A stretch of 64,000 bases of DNA from assembly GCA_045106895.1 (NCBI GenBank), contig JBGCFM010000001.1, forward strand, positions 32,001 through 96,000, given 5' to 3'. Position numbers and translations under genes: made by a program. The notes below the pieces were generated by a model. It did no database searches. It had not been told where the DNA came from and saw only the letters and a list, made by a program, of their open reading frames with translations. The DNA is from Polyangiales bacterium (GTDB lineage: Bacteria > Myxococcota_A > Polyangia > Polyangiales > Houyiibacteriaceae). Positions 27,805 through 37,585 of the stretch are shown piece after piece (position 1 is the first letter of the stretch; the number at the start of each line of letters is the position of its first letter).

Positions 27805-28869
27805 CTAATAGCGTGGCACCCATCGCTCCGCTTGGTACCAGCGCAGCACTTCTTTGAACCCAGCTTCAAAATGCGGGTAGCGCGGCTCCCAACCAAGGCC
27901 ACGCAACTTGCGCGTCTGCACAACGCGGCTTCGTCGCAAGTCTGCCAAGATCTCGGCATCGAAGCGAGGTCGGAGAGCCGGCTTGAGGTCGTGCCGCGCG
28001 ATGACGGCGCGCCATCCGGCCAGGGTGGTCACGTCGAGTCCCGCGGACAACGTGCCGCTGAGCGCGTCGAGGAGCCCGTCCAGGACAGTCCCGGGCGGAG
28101 TGGGCACGGGCCAAGTTTTGAGCCCGTAGGCATGGAAGGTCGCTGTGAGACGCTCACCGAGAGGCATCGGGTCGTTGTCAGCAACATTAAAAACCTCGCC
28201 CTCGCAAGCCTCGTGTTCGAGAACGAAGAGCGCTGCGCGTGCAACATCTTCTGCGTGCACCATCGAGCCACGAGGCCCACCGACGGGGCGCGGCAAGCGC
28301 GGCGAAAGAAGGCGAAGGAGTGGCCCGATGGCGAGAAGCGCCGCACCAAAGTGCCGGCCTCGCCTTCCGTAAATAGGCGCAGCTCTCAGCACGGTCCAGG
28401 GGCAGCCGCTCTTCCCGGCGTTACCGCGGAAGTAGAGTTCGCCGCCGAGCTTGGACATGCTGTACGGCCCCTCCGGCGCGAGCCGTGAGGACTCGACGCG
28501 GGGGTCCGACGACGGCGCATAGAGCGTAGCCACACTGAGGTGAACGAAACGTGAGCAGCCGGCGCGCGTGGCCGCCTCGTGAAGGTCGGCGACGGCCTCG
28601 CTGTTGATGGCAGACAGCGTCGCGGCGTTTTCGCGCACGTCGAGGACGGCGGCGGTGTGAATGACGGCATCACACCCCTTGAGGAGGGCGTCCATGCACG
28701 AGGGGTCTCGAAGGTCCGCGGGACGAACCTCCCCACGTACCGGCGTTCGAATTCCACGTGCGCTGACGTCCGACGCGATCACCCGGTGACCGGCGGCCTC
28801 GGCGAGTGACATCACATAGTTGCCGACCGTTCCACGCGCGCCGGTGACCAAGACTGTCTTCCGCTTCAT
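27805..28869 (-). CDS. NAD-dependent epimerase/dehydratase family protein
   Basis: VTGARGTVG, HTAA, YSMSK (YxxxK). Confidence 0.88.
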   Translation of the reverse strand: MKRKTVLVTGARGTVGNYVMSLAEAAGHRVIASDVSARGIRTPVRGEVRPADLRDPSCMDALLKGCDAVIHTAAVLDVRENAATLSAINSEAVADLHEAATRAGCSRFVHLSVATLYAPSSDPRVESSRLAPEGPYSMSKLGGELYFRGNAGKSGCPWTVLRAAPIYGRRGRHFGAALLAIGPLLRLLSPRLPRPVGGPRGSMVHAEDVARAALFVLEHEACEGEVFNVADNDPMPLGERLTATFHAYGLKTWPVPTPPGTVLDGLLDALSGTLSAGLDVTTLAGWRAVIARHDLKPALRPRFDAEILADLRRSRVVQTRKLRGLGWEPRYPHFEAGFKEVLRWYQAERWVPRY

Positions 28870-28880
28870 GTTCCACTCCC

Positions 28881-29702
28881 TTAAGGAGTGTCTAGCGCGC
28901 CTCGCCAGGTCTTCAAGGTTGTCTCGGGGTCGCCCTGGCGCATCAAACCTTCACCGATGAGCGCAGCATCCGCGCGGCCTGCGGCAACACGCGCGAAGTC
29001 GCTCTGCGTGCGAATCCCGCTCATGTAGATAGCCACTCGCTCGGCGGGTATCCGGTCGACGGCACGCGCAGCGGCACCAGGGTCTACATCGAAGGTGGTC
29101 AGGTCTCGCGCGTTGAAACCAACAATGGCTGCGCCGGTGTCGATAGCAACGTCGAGTTCGTCCGGGCTTGCAGCCTCCACCACGGGCGCGAGGCCACGCG
29201 CGGCGCACGCGTCGACGAGTTCTTGGAGGAGCGAGACCTCCAGAGCCCGAACGATCAGCAGGACATAGCGAGCGCCCATTGAAGCTGCCAAGTCGAGTTG
29301 CGTCTCGCCGAGGACGAACTCTTTGAAGAGGACCGGCGCTTCGATGGAGGTCGCCACCCTCCGCACGTTGAGCGGCGAACCGCCGAAGCCAGGGCCGTCC
29401 GCCAGAACGCTCACAGCGCTCGCTCCGCCTCGTGCGTATGCCTTCGCGATCGCGACGACATCGCCGGCCTTTCGAGGACGAAATACACCTGCGCTGGGGC
29501 TCCGAAACTTGAGCTCCGCGATAATGTGTGGGGGGTCGCCCTTCCTTCGGCGAAGGCGCGCCACGGCGTCGCTGATTCGCAAAGCCGCATTTTCATGAAG
29601 CGGCGCCCGGTACATGTGGGCGAAGCGCTCGCGTCGCGCATTCTCTTTCCGCTTGCGAGCGAGGATCTGAGCGAGTCGATTACCCGGCGCGGACTCAGCC
29701 AT
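28881..29702 (-). CDS. trpC: Indole-3-glycerol phosphate synthase
   Basis: IIAELKFRSPSAG, SVLAD, VGFNARDLTTF, SGI, LIGEGLMR; start overlaps the trpD stop. Confidence 0.92.
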   Translation of the reverse strand: MAESAPGNRLAQILARKRKENARRERFAHMYRAPLHENAALRISDAVARLRRRKGDPPHIIAELKFRSPSAGVFRPRKAGDVVAIAKAYARGGASAVSVLADGPGFGGSPLNVRRVATSIEAPVLFKEFVLGETQLDLAASMGARYVLLIVRALEVSLLQELVDACAARGLAPVVEAASPDELDVAIDTGAAIVGFNARDLTTFDVDPGAAARAVDRIPAERVAIYMSGIRTQSDFARVAAGRADAALIGEGLMRQGDPETTLKTWRGALDTP

Positions 29703-30714
29703 GAGAGCACTCAGCCCAGCGCTTGAGCGCGTTCGCGGCGGCACCTTCGTCAATGCTCGCCGCGGCCATCGCTGCACCCGCTTCAAGGGTACTGGCTGCC
29801 CCGGCGATAAAGAGCGCAGCGCCGGCGTTCGCAAGAATCGCGAGTCGCGGGCCGCCCTTTTCCCCGCCCAAGATGCGGCGAGCGATCTGAGCGTTCTCCG
29901 CGGCGTCCCCGCCCTGCAATGAACTCAGAGGGGCAGAGTCGAGGCCAAACGACGCGGGAGTGACCTCGAACTCGTCGATGACGCTTCCGTTCCACGAGGA
30001 CACATGCGTCGTCCCCGTCGGCGCGATTTCGTCCAGCCCACCTTCGCCATGGACCACCCACGCTCCCGCGATGCCAAGCTCGCGAAGCACCTCTGCCATC
30101 TGCGTTGTTCGGCGGCGCTCATAGACGCCGACGAGTTGGTGTGTCGCTCCCGCAGGATTCGCGAGGGGCCCTAGGAGGTTGAAGAACGTGCGCATCCCCA
30201 GCTCACGGCGAGCTGGAGCGACGTGGCGGAGCGCTGCGTGATGCGCGGGCGCGAAGAGAAACGCGATGCCTGCTTCACGGAGGCACGTTCGGAGAACGTC
30301 GTCGCTGCATTCCAGCTTCACGCCTAACGCTTCGAGAACATCGGCGCTCCCCGAACGACTTGAGACCGCCCGGTTGCCGTGCTTGGCCACACTCACGCCA
30401 GCGCCCGCGACAACGATTGCGCTGAGCGTTGAGATGTTGATGCTGCCTGCGCCATCACCGCCGGTTCCGCACGTGTCGACGAGGGGTCCCGTGGGTGCCA
30501 GGTCGACGCGGTGAGCCGCGTCCCGCATGGCCCGGACCGCGGCGGCGATTTCTCCCGGAGTCTCGACGCGCATCCGCAACGCAATCGCGAACGCCGCGAT
30601 CTGAGCGGACGTGGCTTCGCCGGCGAGGACCTCGTTCATGACGTCCTGCATCTGCTCTGCCGGAAGGATCTCACCCTCCACCACGGCCGTCAGCGCGCTT
30701 CGAATTCTGCTCAT
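29695..30714 (-). CDS. trpD: Anthranilate phosphoribosyltransferase
   Basis: DTCGTGGDG..NIST, KHGNRAVSSRSGSADVL, FNLLGPLANP, GLDEI. Confidence 0.97.
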   Translation of the reverse strand: MSRIRSALTAVVEGEILPAEQMQDVMNEVLAGEATSAQIAAFAIALRMRVETPGEIAAAVRAMRDAAHRVDLAPTGPLVDTCGTGGDGAGSINISTLSAIVVAGAGVSVAKHGNRAVSSRSGSADVLEALGVKLECSDDVLRTCLREAGIAFLFAPAHHAALRHVAPARRELGMRTFFNLLGPLANPAGATHQLVGVYERRRTTQMAEVLRELGIAGAWVVHGEGGLDEIAPTGTTHVSSWNGSVIDEFEVTPASFGLDSAPLSSLQGGDAAENAQIARRILGGEKGGPRLAILANAGAALFIAGAASTLEAGAAMAAASIDEGAAANALKRWAECSHG

Positions 30715-31307
30715 CGGGGCCTCACACGTGGCCCTTGGGGCTCGTCAAACTCATCGTCGAACTCGTCGAAGCCCATCGGACGCGGCGCCGCCTCCTCTTC
30801 GTTCTCTTCTTCGTCATCGTCCTCGGGGCGACGTATCGCTTGAATCTCTGCGGCGAGGTCCAGTAACGCAGCCTCGGCTTGACGCTGTGCTGCGCTCGCC
30901 TCGACGAAGGCCAAGTCTTCGACAAGACCGCGCGCCAAGATACGAGCGTATGCCGCTGTGCTCGTCTCGCGTGCACGCAGCTTTTCGAGGGCGCTCGATT
31001 TCAGGCGACGGCCCAGGGCGCTGCTCACCTCCAGCGCCTCCACTCGCTCGATGTGACGCCTCATCGAAGGCAGCGCGCCGCTCTCCAACATCTGGGCCGC
31101 ACGAGCGGGCAGGTCGTCCGCGACGAATCGGTCCGCTTCTTCGAGGACGAGAATCGCTTCGTCCCCGGTGAGCGCCTCAAGAACCGCGTCCACTTCGCCC
31201 CGCTCGGAAGTCGTTGGCCCCGTGGGCTCGTCGGAGGACCCGCAGGCAGCGAGAGCGAGGGCGAGACAGGACGCAGCGAGTGCCCATGGCCGCGAAACCG
31301 CAATCAT
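30711..31307 (-). CDS. Hypothetical helical lipoprotein
   Basis: Lipobox LAAC; in operon with overlap to trpD. Confidence 0.65.
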   Translation of the reverse strand: MIAVSRPWALAASCLALALAACGSSDEPTGPTTSERGEVDAVLEALTGDEAILVLEEADRFVADDLPARAAQMLESGALPSMRRHIERVEALEVSSALGRRLKSSALEKLRARETSTAAYARILARGLVEDLAFVEASAAQRQAEAALLDLAAEIQAIRRPEDDDEEENEEEAAPRPMGFDEFDDEFDEPQGPRVRPR

Positions 31308-32219
31308 CTACTGCTCGTTCGACGCGGGGTGTTCGCTGAGCTGTCCGCATCGTTCCCGAAAGAACTTCTCGGTGCGCAGGTTGACGAGCTCCGGGTATTC
31401 AACGGCGACGTAGTGCGTTCCTCCGGGCACGACCATGATCTCCGCACCGGGGATCTGACGTGCCATCCGCTCAGCGGCGGCACGCGGAGTAAAGACATCG
31501 CGGTCGCCGGCGATGAGCAGCGTCGGGACGAGGACCGACGAAAGCACGTCGCTGGCGTCATGTTCCCCGAGAAACTCGAGGATGCGCATGTAGAGGCCCA
31601 TATCGAGGTCTGCGAAGCTGCCTGCCAGCTGTTGGAAGATGTCCTCATCGAGGCTGCGCGCAGCAAGACCGATGCGTTTGGCCCACTGAACGGTCTCGGG
31701 CATGCCCACAAAACGTCGCGTTACCGCTTCGGCGATTCGAGGCATCGCGCCGATTCCGCGAATCAGGGGTGGCAACACATCCCCCATGAACCCGAGGTTC
31801 ATGACGCTTCGGTAGGGTTGGCCAGCGACGCCATTGATGAGCAGCAGCTGGGCGACTTTGCTCGGCTGTCGACGGTAAAACTCAAGGGCGACCTGAACGC
31901 CCATCGACCAGCCAAAAAGGGTGGCCTCCTCGGCACCTTCGGCTGCGAGCACCGCGAGGGCGTCCTGAACGTGATCCTCGACGCGAAGCGCATCAGGCGT
32001 TCCGGGAGGCCCGGAGCGGTACAACCCACGGTAATCCCAGGAGATAAAGCGCCGGCTGCCCTGGAAATAGCGGATCTGGTGGGACCAGGCCTTCCAGCTC
32101 CCCCCAAGTCCGTTACACAGCAGTATTGGCGGGCCATCCCCCTCACCGACCACGTGATAGGCGATGTCCGTGCCGTCGAAAGACTGGACCCGTCGCTCTT
32201 CGACATCGAGTGGTTTCAT
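31308..32219 (-). CDS. Alpha/beta hydrolase
   Basis: NGLGG, WDYRG, GWSMG, GDRD, GTHY; start 32219 inferred. Confidence 0.88.
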   Translation of the reverse strand: MKPLDVEERRVQSFDGTDIAYHVVGEGDGPPILLCNGLGGSWKAWSHQIRYFQGSRRFISWDYRGLYRSGPPGTPDALRVEDHVQDALAVLAAEGAEEATLFGWSMGVQVALEFYRRQPSKVAQLLLINGVAGQPYRSVMNLGFMGDVLPPLIRGIGAMPRIAEAVTRRFVGMPETVQWAKRIGLAARSLDEDIFQQLAGSFADLDMGLYMRILEFLGEHDASDVLSSVLVPTLLIAGDRDVFTPRAAAERMARQIPGAEIMVVPGGTHYVAVEYPELVNLRTEKFFRERCGQLSEHPASNEQ

Positions 32220-32368
32220 GGCTGCAGACGGTAGCAGCTCGTAGTTAGAAATCCTGCCGAATCGACGTCTCAAATCGCCGCTCTTGCACCCTTGACTTGG
32301 TGACGGGACAAACGCTACGGTCGCGCCCCAGAGCCGCCTTTTTCAGGCGCCAGTCGAGAAGATCAAGC

Positions 32369-33538
32369 ATGGCAGACGAGCCTAAAAAACCACGCAAAAT
32401 CAAAAGAGACCTGAAAGCCCGTTTGGGCCGGACGATTGCTCCCAACACACCAGGCGCCGTCGTGCCTCCTTCGGTGGGTGGGGACAAGAAGTCGGGAGGC
32501 GTTGTACCGCCACCGAGCAGCGGAAAGAAGGGCGGCGTACCTGCACCGAAAATGGCGAAAGCCTCGGTGCCTGCGAACTCCCCCTTCGCGCCGAAGCAGC
32601 CGACGGCTCCTCCCCCCTCCAATGATCCCTTCGCCGCCGCACCCGCGGCGTCCGCACCTCAGGGACCGCAGCAGGTTCGCCTCGTCCTCGACGACAGCGC
32701 CGTGGACGACTCCGAGGTCGGCAAGAAGCGACGCGGACGGAATGCCATCCTCTTGGTCATGGGAGCTCTCGTCGGGCTTCTTCTCGGCTTCGGCGTGGGC
32801 AGCGTGATGAACGACCGCAAGACAACGAACCTTGCGATTCGCGATGCAAGCGCGATTCACGAAGCTGTTCAGACGGCCTCGAACAAGGTTCTTGAGGCGC
32901 AACGTTTGGTTGACCAGGCTGCTGCTGCAGCTGTCGCGAGCCCTCCCACGGTGGACTATGAGGCCATCGACGCCCTGCGGCAGATCGAGAAACCCTTCCC
33001 TGCGGACATCTTCTCGGGTCGCACTTACTTCCTCTTCGATCCCACAACGGTGGACGCCATCTTTGGTTACTACCGCAACACAAACGAAGCGTGGGCCAGC
33101 ATCGAGTCCATCGTCGGACTCACCGCAGGCGAAGAGCGACGCACCCAGTTGAACACCGCCGCCGAGGCCGCTGGTGATTCCCGCTCCCTCATCGGATGCA
33201 TTCCAGCCATCAACGAAAACCGCATGATGTGCAGCCTTGGTTTTGTGAACATCGAAGACGAGACCGTCACGATTCGTCCTTCGCGTCGTTCGCGTCGCGG
33301 TGTCGAAAAGGTCATCTACGCGGGCCAGTCGCTTGAGGAGAATCCGGATCAGTACGTGATGCTCATCAACTCCGCAGGTTCACAGGGTGTGCTTGGCGAG
33401 CAGGCGACGCTCTTCAACACATACCTTCGAGAAATCGCCGGCCTCAAGCAGTTGCTTACAGCGACCGTCGAGAGTCAGGGCGCCATCGAGAATGGTCTTG
33501 GACCGCTCGCTGCCCGAGAAGAGATGTTCGCGTTCTAA
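32369..33538 (+). CDS. Hypothetical membrane protein (Pro-rich cytoplasmic N-terminus, one TM, helical periplasmic domain)
   Basis: MADEPKK..DLKARLG start, TM ILLVMGALVGLLLGFGVG, strong terminator downstream. Confidence 0.7.
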   Translation: MADEPKKPRKIKRDLKARLGRTIAPNTPGAVVPPSVGGDKKSGGVVPPPSSGKKGGVPAPKMAKASVPANSPFAPKQPTAPPPSNDPFAAAPAASAPQGPQQVRLVLDDSAVDDSEVGKKRRGRNAILLVMGALVGLLLGFGVGSVMNDRKTTNLAIRDASAIHEAVQTASNKVLEAQRLVDQAAAAAVASPPTVDYEAIDALRQIEKPFPADIFSGRTYFLFDPTTVDAIFGYYRNTNEAWASIESIVGLTAGEERRTQLNTAAEAAGDSRSLIGCIPAINENRMMCSLGFVNIEDETVTIRPSRRSRRGVEKVIYAGQSLEENPDQYVMLINSAGSQGVLGEQATLFNTYLREIAGLKQLLTATVESQGAIENGLGPLAAREEMFAF

Positions 33539-33563
33539 AGGACGAGCGGACAACTCCAAAATC

Positions 33564-33594
33564 GGCCCTCCCTGTCTCGGGAGGGCCTTTTTTT
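33564..33594 (+). terminator. Rho-independent terminator
   Basis: ggccctccc-tgtctc-gggagggcc followed by T7. Confidence 0.9.
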
Positions 33595-33673
33595 ATGCCG
33601 CGTTAGTCACAAGCGCAGCGTGGCCCGCTGGGTGAGGACCTTTAGGTCACCCAAGGGTGGTATGATGTCCTAG

Positions 33674-34573
33674 GTGCCACGCTACCGCCTACGATATCAG
33701 TCAACGGACCTGGAGCTTCCTCCTGGAGAGTTCGTCATTGGACGTTCGTCAAGCTGCAGCCTCGCACTCGACGATGGTCTCGTATCGCGACGGCATGTTG
33801 TCCTTCACGTGGCCCAGCGGGAGCTTCAACTTGAGGACCTGGGCAGTCGAAACGGTGTCGCGGTTAATGGCGACCGAGTGAAGGGGCGCCGCGCATTGCA
33901 GCATCTCGACCGAGTCCAGATCGGTTCACAGGAGCTGCTGGTCCTCGAGTCCGCCCAGAAAGACGCAGCCGCCACGCTTCAACTCAGCAATTGTTGGAAG
34001 TGCGGCCAGCTTAACGACCACGTGAGCGGTCGGTGCTCTCACTGCAACACGATCCTGGGTGTGGAGCCGTCGACGATGGCGGGTGGTGGTGGTCGACCTA
34101 CGATCGAACTGGACTCGCGTGATATCGACGCTCAGCTCGATGAGCCAACGACGATTGGTTCGTCGTTCCATCTGCTCAAAGCCATCGCTGACAAAGCGTT
34201 GGCGATGGGTCGCTTCGACGAGGCGGAGCGAATCCTAGGCCCCAGCCTTACCCGGGTGAAAGCGGATGCCCAGCGCACAGCGGAGATGCACGAAAAGACG
34301 CGTCTGGAAGGCACCGACTTCGCCGTTCGCCTGATGGACGGCCCCAAAGCTACAGAATGGATGACGTGGGTGTTGGAGCTTCACATGGAGCTGGATCTGG
34401 TGTTGGAGAAGAACACCATCGCCGCCCTGCACGTCGCCGCGCGACGGATGAGGTCCGCGCCCAACCGCCTCCTTGAGACTTACCTTCGTAAGCTATCGAA
34501 GGTCGAGCGTTCGCCTGCGGAGCGCTTCCGCATCAAACAGCTCGAAGGGTTGCTTCGAGTCATGCAGGCCTAG
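33674..34573 (+). CDS. FHA domain + zinc-ribbon protein
   Basis: IGRS..D..VSRRH, DLGSRNG; CWKC..CSHC. Confidence 0.9.
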   Translation: MPRYRLRYQSTDLELPPGEFVIGRSSSCSLALDDGLVSRRHVVLHVAQRELQLEDLGSRNGVAVNGDRVKGRRALQHLDRVQIGSQELLVLESAQKDAAATLQLSNCWKCGQLNDHVSGRCSHCNTILGVEPSTMAGGGGRPTIELDSRDIDAQLDEPTTIGSSFHLLKAIADKALAMGRFDEAERILGPSLTRVKADAQRTAEMHEKTRLEGTDFAVRLMDGPKATEWMTWVLELHMELDLVLEKNTIAALHVAARRMRSAPNRLLETYLRKLSKVERSPAERFRIKQLEGLLRVMQA

Positions 34574-34630
34574 GCTTGCGTTCCGCCAGCCAAGAACACT
34601 GGCTCTCAAAGACCGAAGCGAGCTGCGCGC

Positions 34631-35488
34631 CTAGTTGACGCCGAGGCGGCCCAGACGCTCTACGGCCTCTGGCGGTGGTGGCGGCTTGAGCGTGTCGTGC
34701 TCGGCGCGTGCCCAAACGACGAACTCGTTGAGCACTTCCGTCGCGCCCTGAAGGCCGGCGATGTCGAGGGTCTCAAGGCGCTCGATGAGTGTGGATGTCG
34801 GAAAGACCGACTGCTGACGGTGCACGTTGAATGCCCAATGGACCCACTCAACGTCACGTCCCTGCTTCGCCAGGCGAAGGGCGTAGTCAGTGATCACCGT
34901 GAGCTGATCGATATCGAGGTGCTCCCCCGAAGTCAGGCGTTCGTCGATCTCGCGTGCCGCACGTCGCATCATTCGAACGGCTTCGTTCACGCGATCGGTC
35001 TTGAGAGCGCGCTCGATGACTTCGCCGAGAAGCTGGAAGGTCCAGGTTCGACGCGGTTCGACGATGAGGCCGCTCATCGTCGTGTCTTCGTCGCGCACCG
35101 GCTCCCCGCAGTGAGGGCACGCGTGCGAACTCTCGGGAAATGGCGTCTTGCACTTCCCACACACGGTCATGAAGCCGGTCGTGCGAGCCGAGCGCTTGCC
35201 GCGTTCTGCGACGTAAAACACCAGCTCCTGAGTACCAATCCGGACGCGGTCACCGTGCGTGAGGGCTATCGGTTTCTCGATCTTCGTCCCGTTGACCCGA
35301 ACGCCGTTTCGGGAGCCAAGGTCGCTGGCTTCGACGAGATCCTCCGCCACGGTGATGCGCGCATGGCGACGAGAGACCAAGGGGTCCTCGATGGTGATGT
35401 GGCACTCAGGGCTGCGTCCGATGACGACCTCCGGGCCGCGGAGGTCGAACTCTTGTAAGAGGAAGCGCAGCCGGTAGCGTTTGCTCAC
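34631..35488 (-). CDS. FHA domain + zinc-ribbon protein (paralog of 33674..34573)
   Basis: IGRS..DPLVSRRH, DLGSRNG; CGKC..CPHC; GTG start 35488 inferred. Confidence 0.9.
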   Translation of the reverse strand: MSKRYRLRFLLQEFDLRGPEVVIGRSPECHITIEDPLVSRRHARITVAEDLVEASDLGSRNGVRVNGTKIEKPIALTHGDRVRIGTQELVFYVAERGKRSARTTGFMTVCGKCKTPFPESSHACPHCGEPVRDEDTTMSGLIVEPRRTWTFQLLGEVIERALKTDRVNEAVRMMRRAAREIDERLTSGEHLDIDQLTVITDYALRLAKQGRDVEWVHWAFNVHRQQSVFPTSTLIERLETLDIAGLQGATEVLNEFVVWARAEHDTLKPPPPPEAVERLGRLGVN

Positions 35489-35579
35489 GTAGGAAGGATA
35501 CCTGATCCGCGAGCTGCCTGTGCGCCTTTGTGGCGACGAAGAGCTTCCTGCGGTCGAAAGTGCTCCAGCGCTACTCAAT

Positions 35580-35660
35580 CGTAGGGAGCCCCCAAAACGA
35601 GTTTTGGCGCCCCAAAGGGCGCCAAATGAAAACTCATATCGTTACCCTACGTTGCGTAGG
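35580..35660 (-). terminator. Nested hairpin: probable terminator and/or REP-like element
   Basis: tttggcgccc-caaa-gggcgccaaa (35603-35626) inside a cgtaggg...ccctacg outer pair. Confidence 0.5.
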
Positions 35661-35670
35661 AGTCGACTTC

Positions 35671-36642
35671 TCAGTCGAGACCGCGAAGGGGGTCGTCTGA
35701 GATCCCGCTGCGGCGGCGCATCGAGGAGGACATGGAGCTCGACATCGATGATGACATCGAGGTGTCCTCCGGCGCGTTCTCTCGGCGACGAATGTTGCCG
35801 GTGATGCGGTCCGCGATGTTCGAGTTGCTGTCCGAAGCGGTGTCTTCATCGCCGCGGGTGACGGCGTCGACGAGAGCGTGACCACGGTCGCGTCGCTGCG
35901 GTGGGTTTCGACGCAGTGTCTCGAGGTTCTCGAGGGTATCCTTGTGTTCGAAGACAAGGCAGTAGAAGCCGTAGAACTGGTTGTTGTCGAGGGCACGAAG
36001 GCGTGTATTCGCGTCCTGCCACTCGAGCCATGTCCGCTCGTCGCCGCCCTGAATGACGCGACCCGTTCGGGAGCGGCCTGGAGCTCCAAAACGGTTCGCC
36101 AGGGCTGCGGAGAACTGCTCGAAGTCCGCACCGGCAAACACCGAGGAGTCGAACGCGCGGTACCACTTCCAGAGGCGTCCCTGGATGAAGAAGTAGTAGT
36201 CGTCGGCGTTCTCGCCACGAACGCGAACCATCGACTCTTCGTTGCGATGAGAGAACTCGTCGCGAAGGAAGCCTGTGTCATGACCGGATGTGCGTCCGTT
36301 GAACTCCACGAAGGAGTCTCGAATGCGGCGCACCTTCGTGCGGAACTCGTGACGCATCTGGTCGGCGGTCATCGCGTCGCGCGCTTTGTGAATTCGTGGG
36401 CGGTACTCGGCTCGAAGCTGTCGGGTGAAGTGCTCGACGAGCTGCTCCTTGGACCAGCCCCATTCGACGGCACCCATCGAACCAGCGATGGCATCGGTTG
36501 TTGGAGTCTGTTCCGCGGGAGGCGCCTGTCGGCGTCGACGTCGCCTCTGCGCATCCGCGTCGTTCGACATGAACGAGAAGCCAACGACGATAAACGTCGA
36601 GGCAAGAACGGAAACAAACACACGTTTCATGACACTGGTCAT
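35671..36642 (-). CDS. Exported hypothetical protein with MSSS-repeat tail
   Basis: Signal peptide ..ADA|QRRRRRR; C-terminus TSMSSSMSSSMSSSMRRRSGISDDPLRGLD; start 36642 or 36630. Confidence 0.7.
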   Translation of the reverse strand: MTSVMKRVFVSVLASTFIVVGFSFMSNDADAQRRRRRRQAPPAEQTPTTDAIAGSMGAVEWGWSKEQLVEHFTRQLRAEYRPRIHKARDAMTADQMRHEFRTKVRRIRDSFVEFNGRTSGHDTGFLRDEFSHRNEESMVRVRGENADDYYFFIQGRLWKWYRAFDSSVFAGADFEQFSAALANRFGAPGRSRTGRVIQGGDERTWLEWQDANTRLRALDNNQFYGFYCLVFEHKDTLENLETLRRNPPQRRDRGHALVDAVTRGDEDTASDSNSNIADRITGNIRRRENAPEDTSMSSSMSSSMSSSMRRRSGISDDPLRGLD

Positions 36643-36751
36643 GGCTGAACACCCTCCTGTGGGATCCACACGGAATCCCTCATCTTTTTCGCGACAGAAC
36701 CCTACCACCAGGGCGAACTGCTCCACAAGGACGACAAAGGGCCCGAAACAT

Positions 36752-37585
36752 TCAACTCTCAGTCGGGTTCGGCGATTTCGCGGTCTGAGCGCGAATCCCT
36801 TCAACGTCCAGAAAGAGGAGCGTACCGCCGGCCACTGCCGCTGGCATGAAGAGCAGGTTGAGGCCCGGGATCATCAGAAGGAGAAATACCCCCGTTCCAA
36901 ACCCAAACGCCGCCATGAAGCGCGTCTTGAGAAACGCCCAACGGTAGCCCGAGGACTTTCTGTGTCGGCACGCTGGCCAATCGATGTAGTCCATCGAGAG
37001 GTAAAGCGCCGTGAAGAGGAACCCGATCGTTGGATAGGCGAGTTGGCCGACGACGGGAACGGTGAAGCCGCAGCACAGAAGCGGACCCATCACACCGGCG
37101 AAGACAAGCAGCTTCGTGAGTTCGAGCCAGACGGTTCGCCCCGTGTCCTTAAGAACCGCCCCCAATGAAAACGGGGGCCCCTTCACGCCTGTCTCAAGAC
37201 TCTCCACCGCTTCGCTGAGCGAATCGTTGAAGGGAGCCGCGATGACATTCGAGAGCGCAAGGACGAGGAACAAGCTCGTAAACCAAACCGCCGCCGAGAC
37301 GATGACCTCCAGGAAATTGTGGAGTCCGCGGAGCATGCTGGTGAAGAACCCGTCGCCCGTCGGCTCCGGCCAGACCATGTCCACGATAGCTTCCGAGTAT
37401 GTCCAACTCGCCCACGCAGCCCCTGCAATGGCGACGATGGAGATGAGAATCGGGACGATCCAGTAACGAATCAGACCGGGGTGTCGGAAGTAAACGAAGC
37501 GTGCCCCGGCAAAGACGTACGTCAGCCCTTTCCAGAACCCCACGGAGATCCCCGCGGCGGCCTTTGTGACGGCACGGACACCCAT
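36752..37585 (-). CDS. EI24/CysZ-like membrane protein
   Basis: IAAPFNDSLSEAVE, LSMDYIDWP, IPGLNLLFMPAAVAGGTLL. Confidence 0.8.
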   Translation of the reverse strand: MGVRAVTKAAAGISVGFWKGLTYVFAGARFVYFRHPGLIRYWIVPILISIVAIAGAAWASWTYSEAIVDMVWPEPTGDGFFTSMLRGLHNFLEVIVSAAVWFTSLFLVLALSNVIAAPFNDSLSEAVESLETGVKGPPFSLGAVLKDTGRTVWLELTKLLVFAGVMGPLLCCGFTVPVVGQLAYPTIGFLFTALYLSMDYIDWPACRHRKSSGYRWAFLKTRFMAAFGFGTGVFLLLMIPGLNLLFMPAAVAGGTLLFLDVEGIRAQTAKSPNPTES

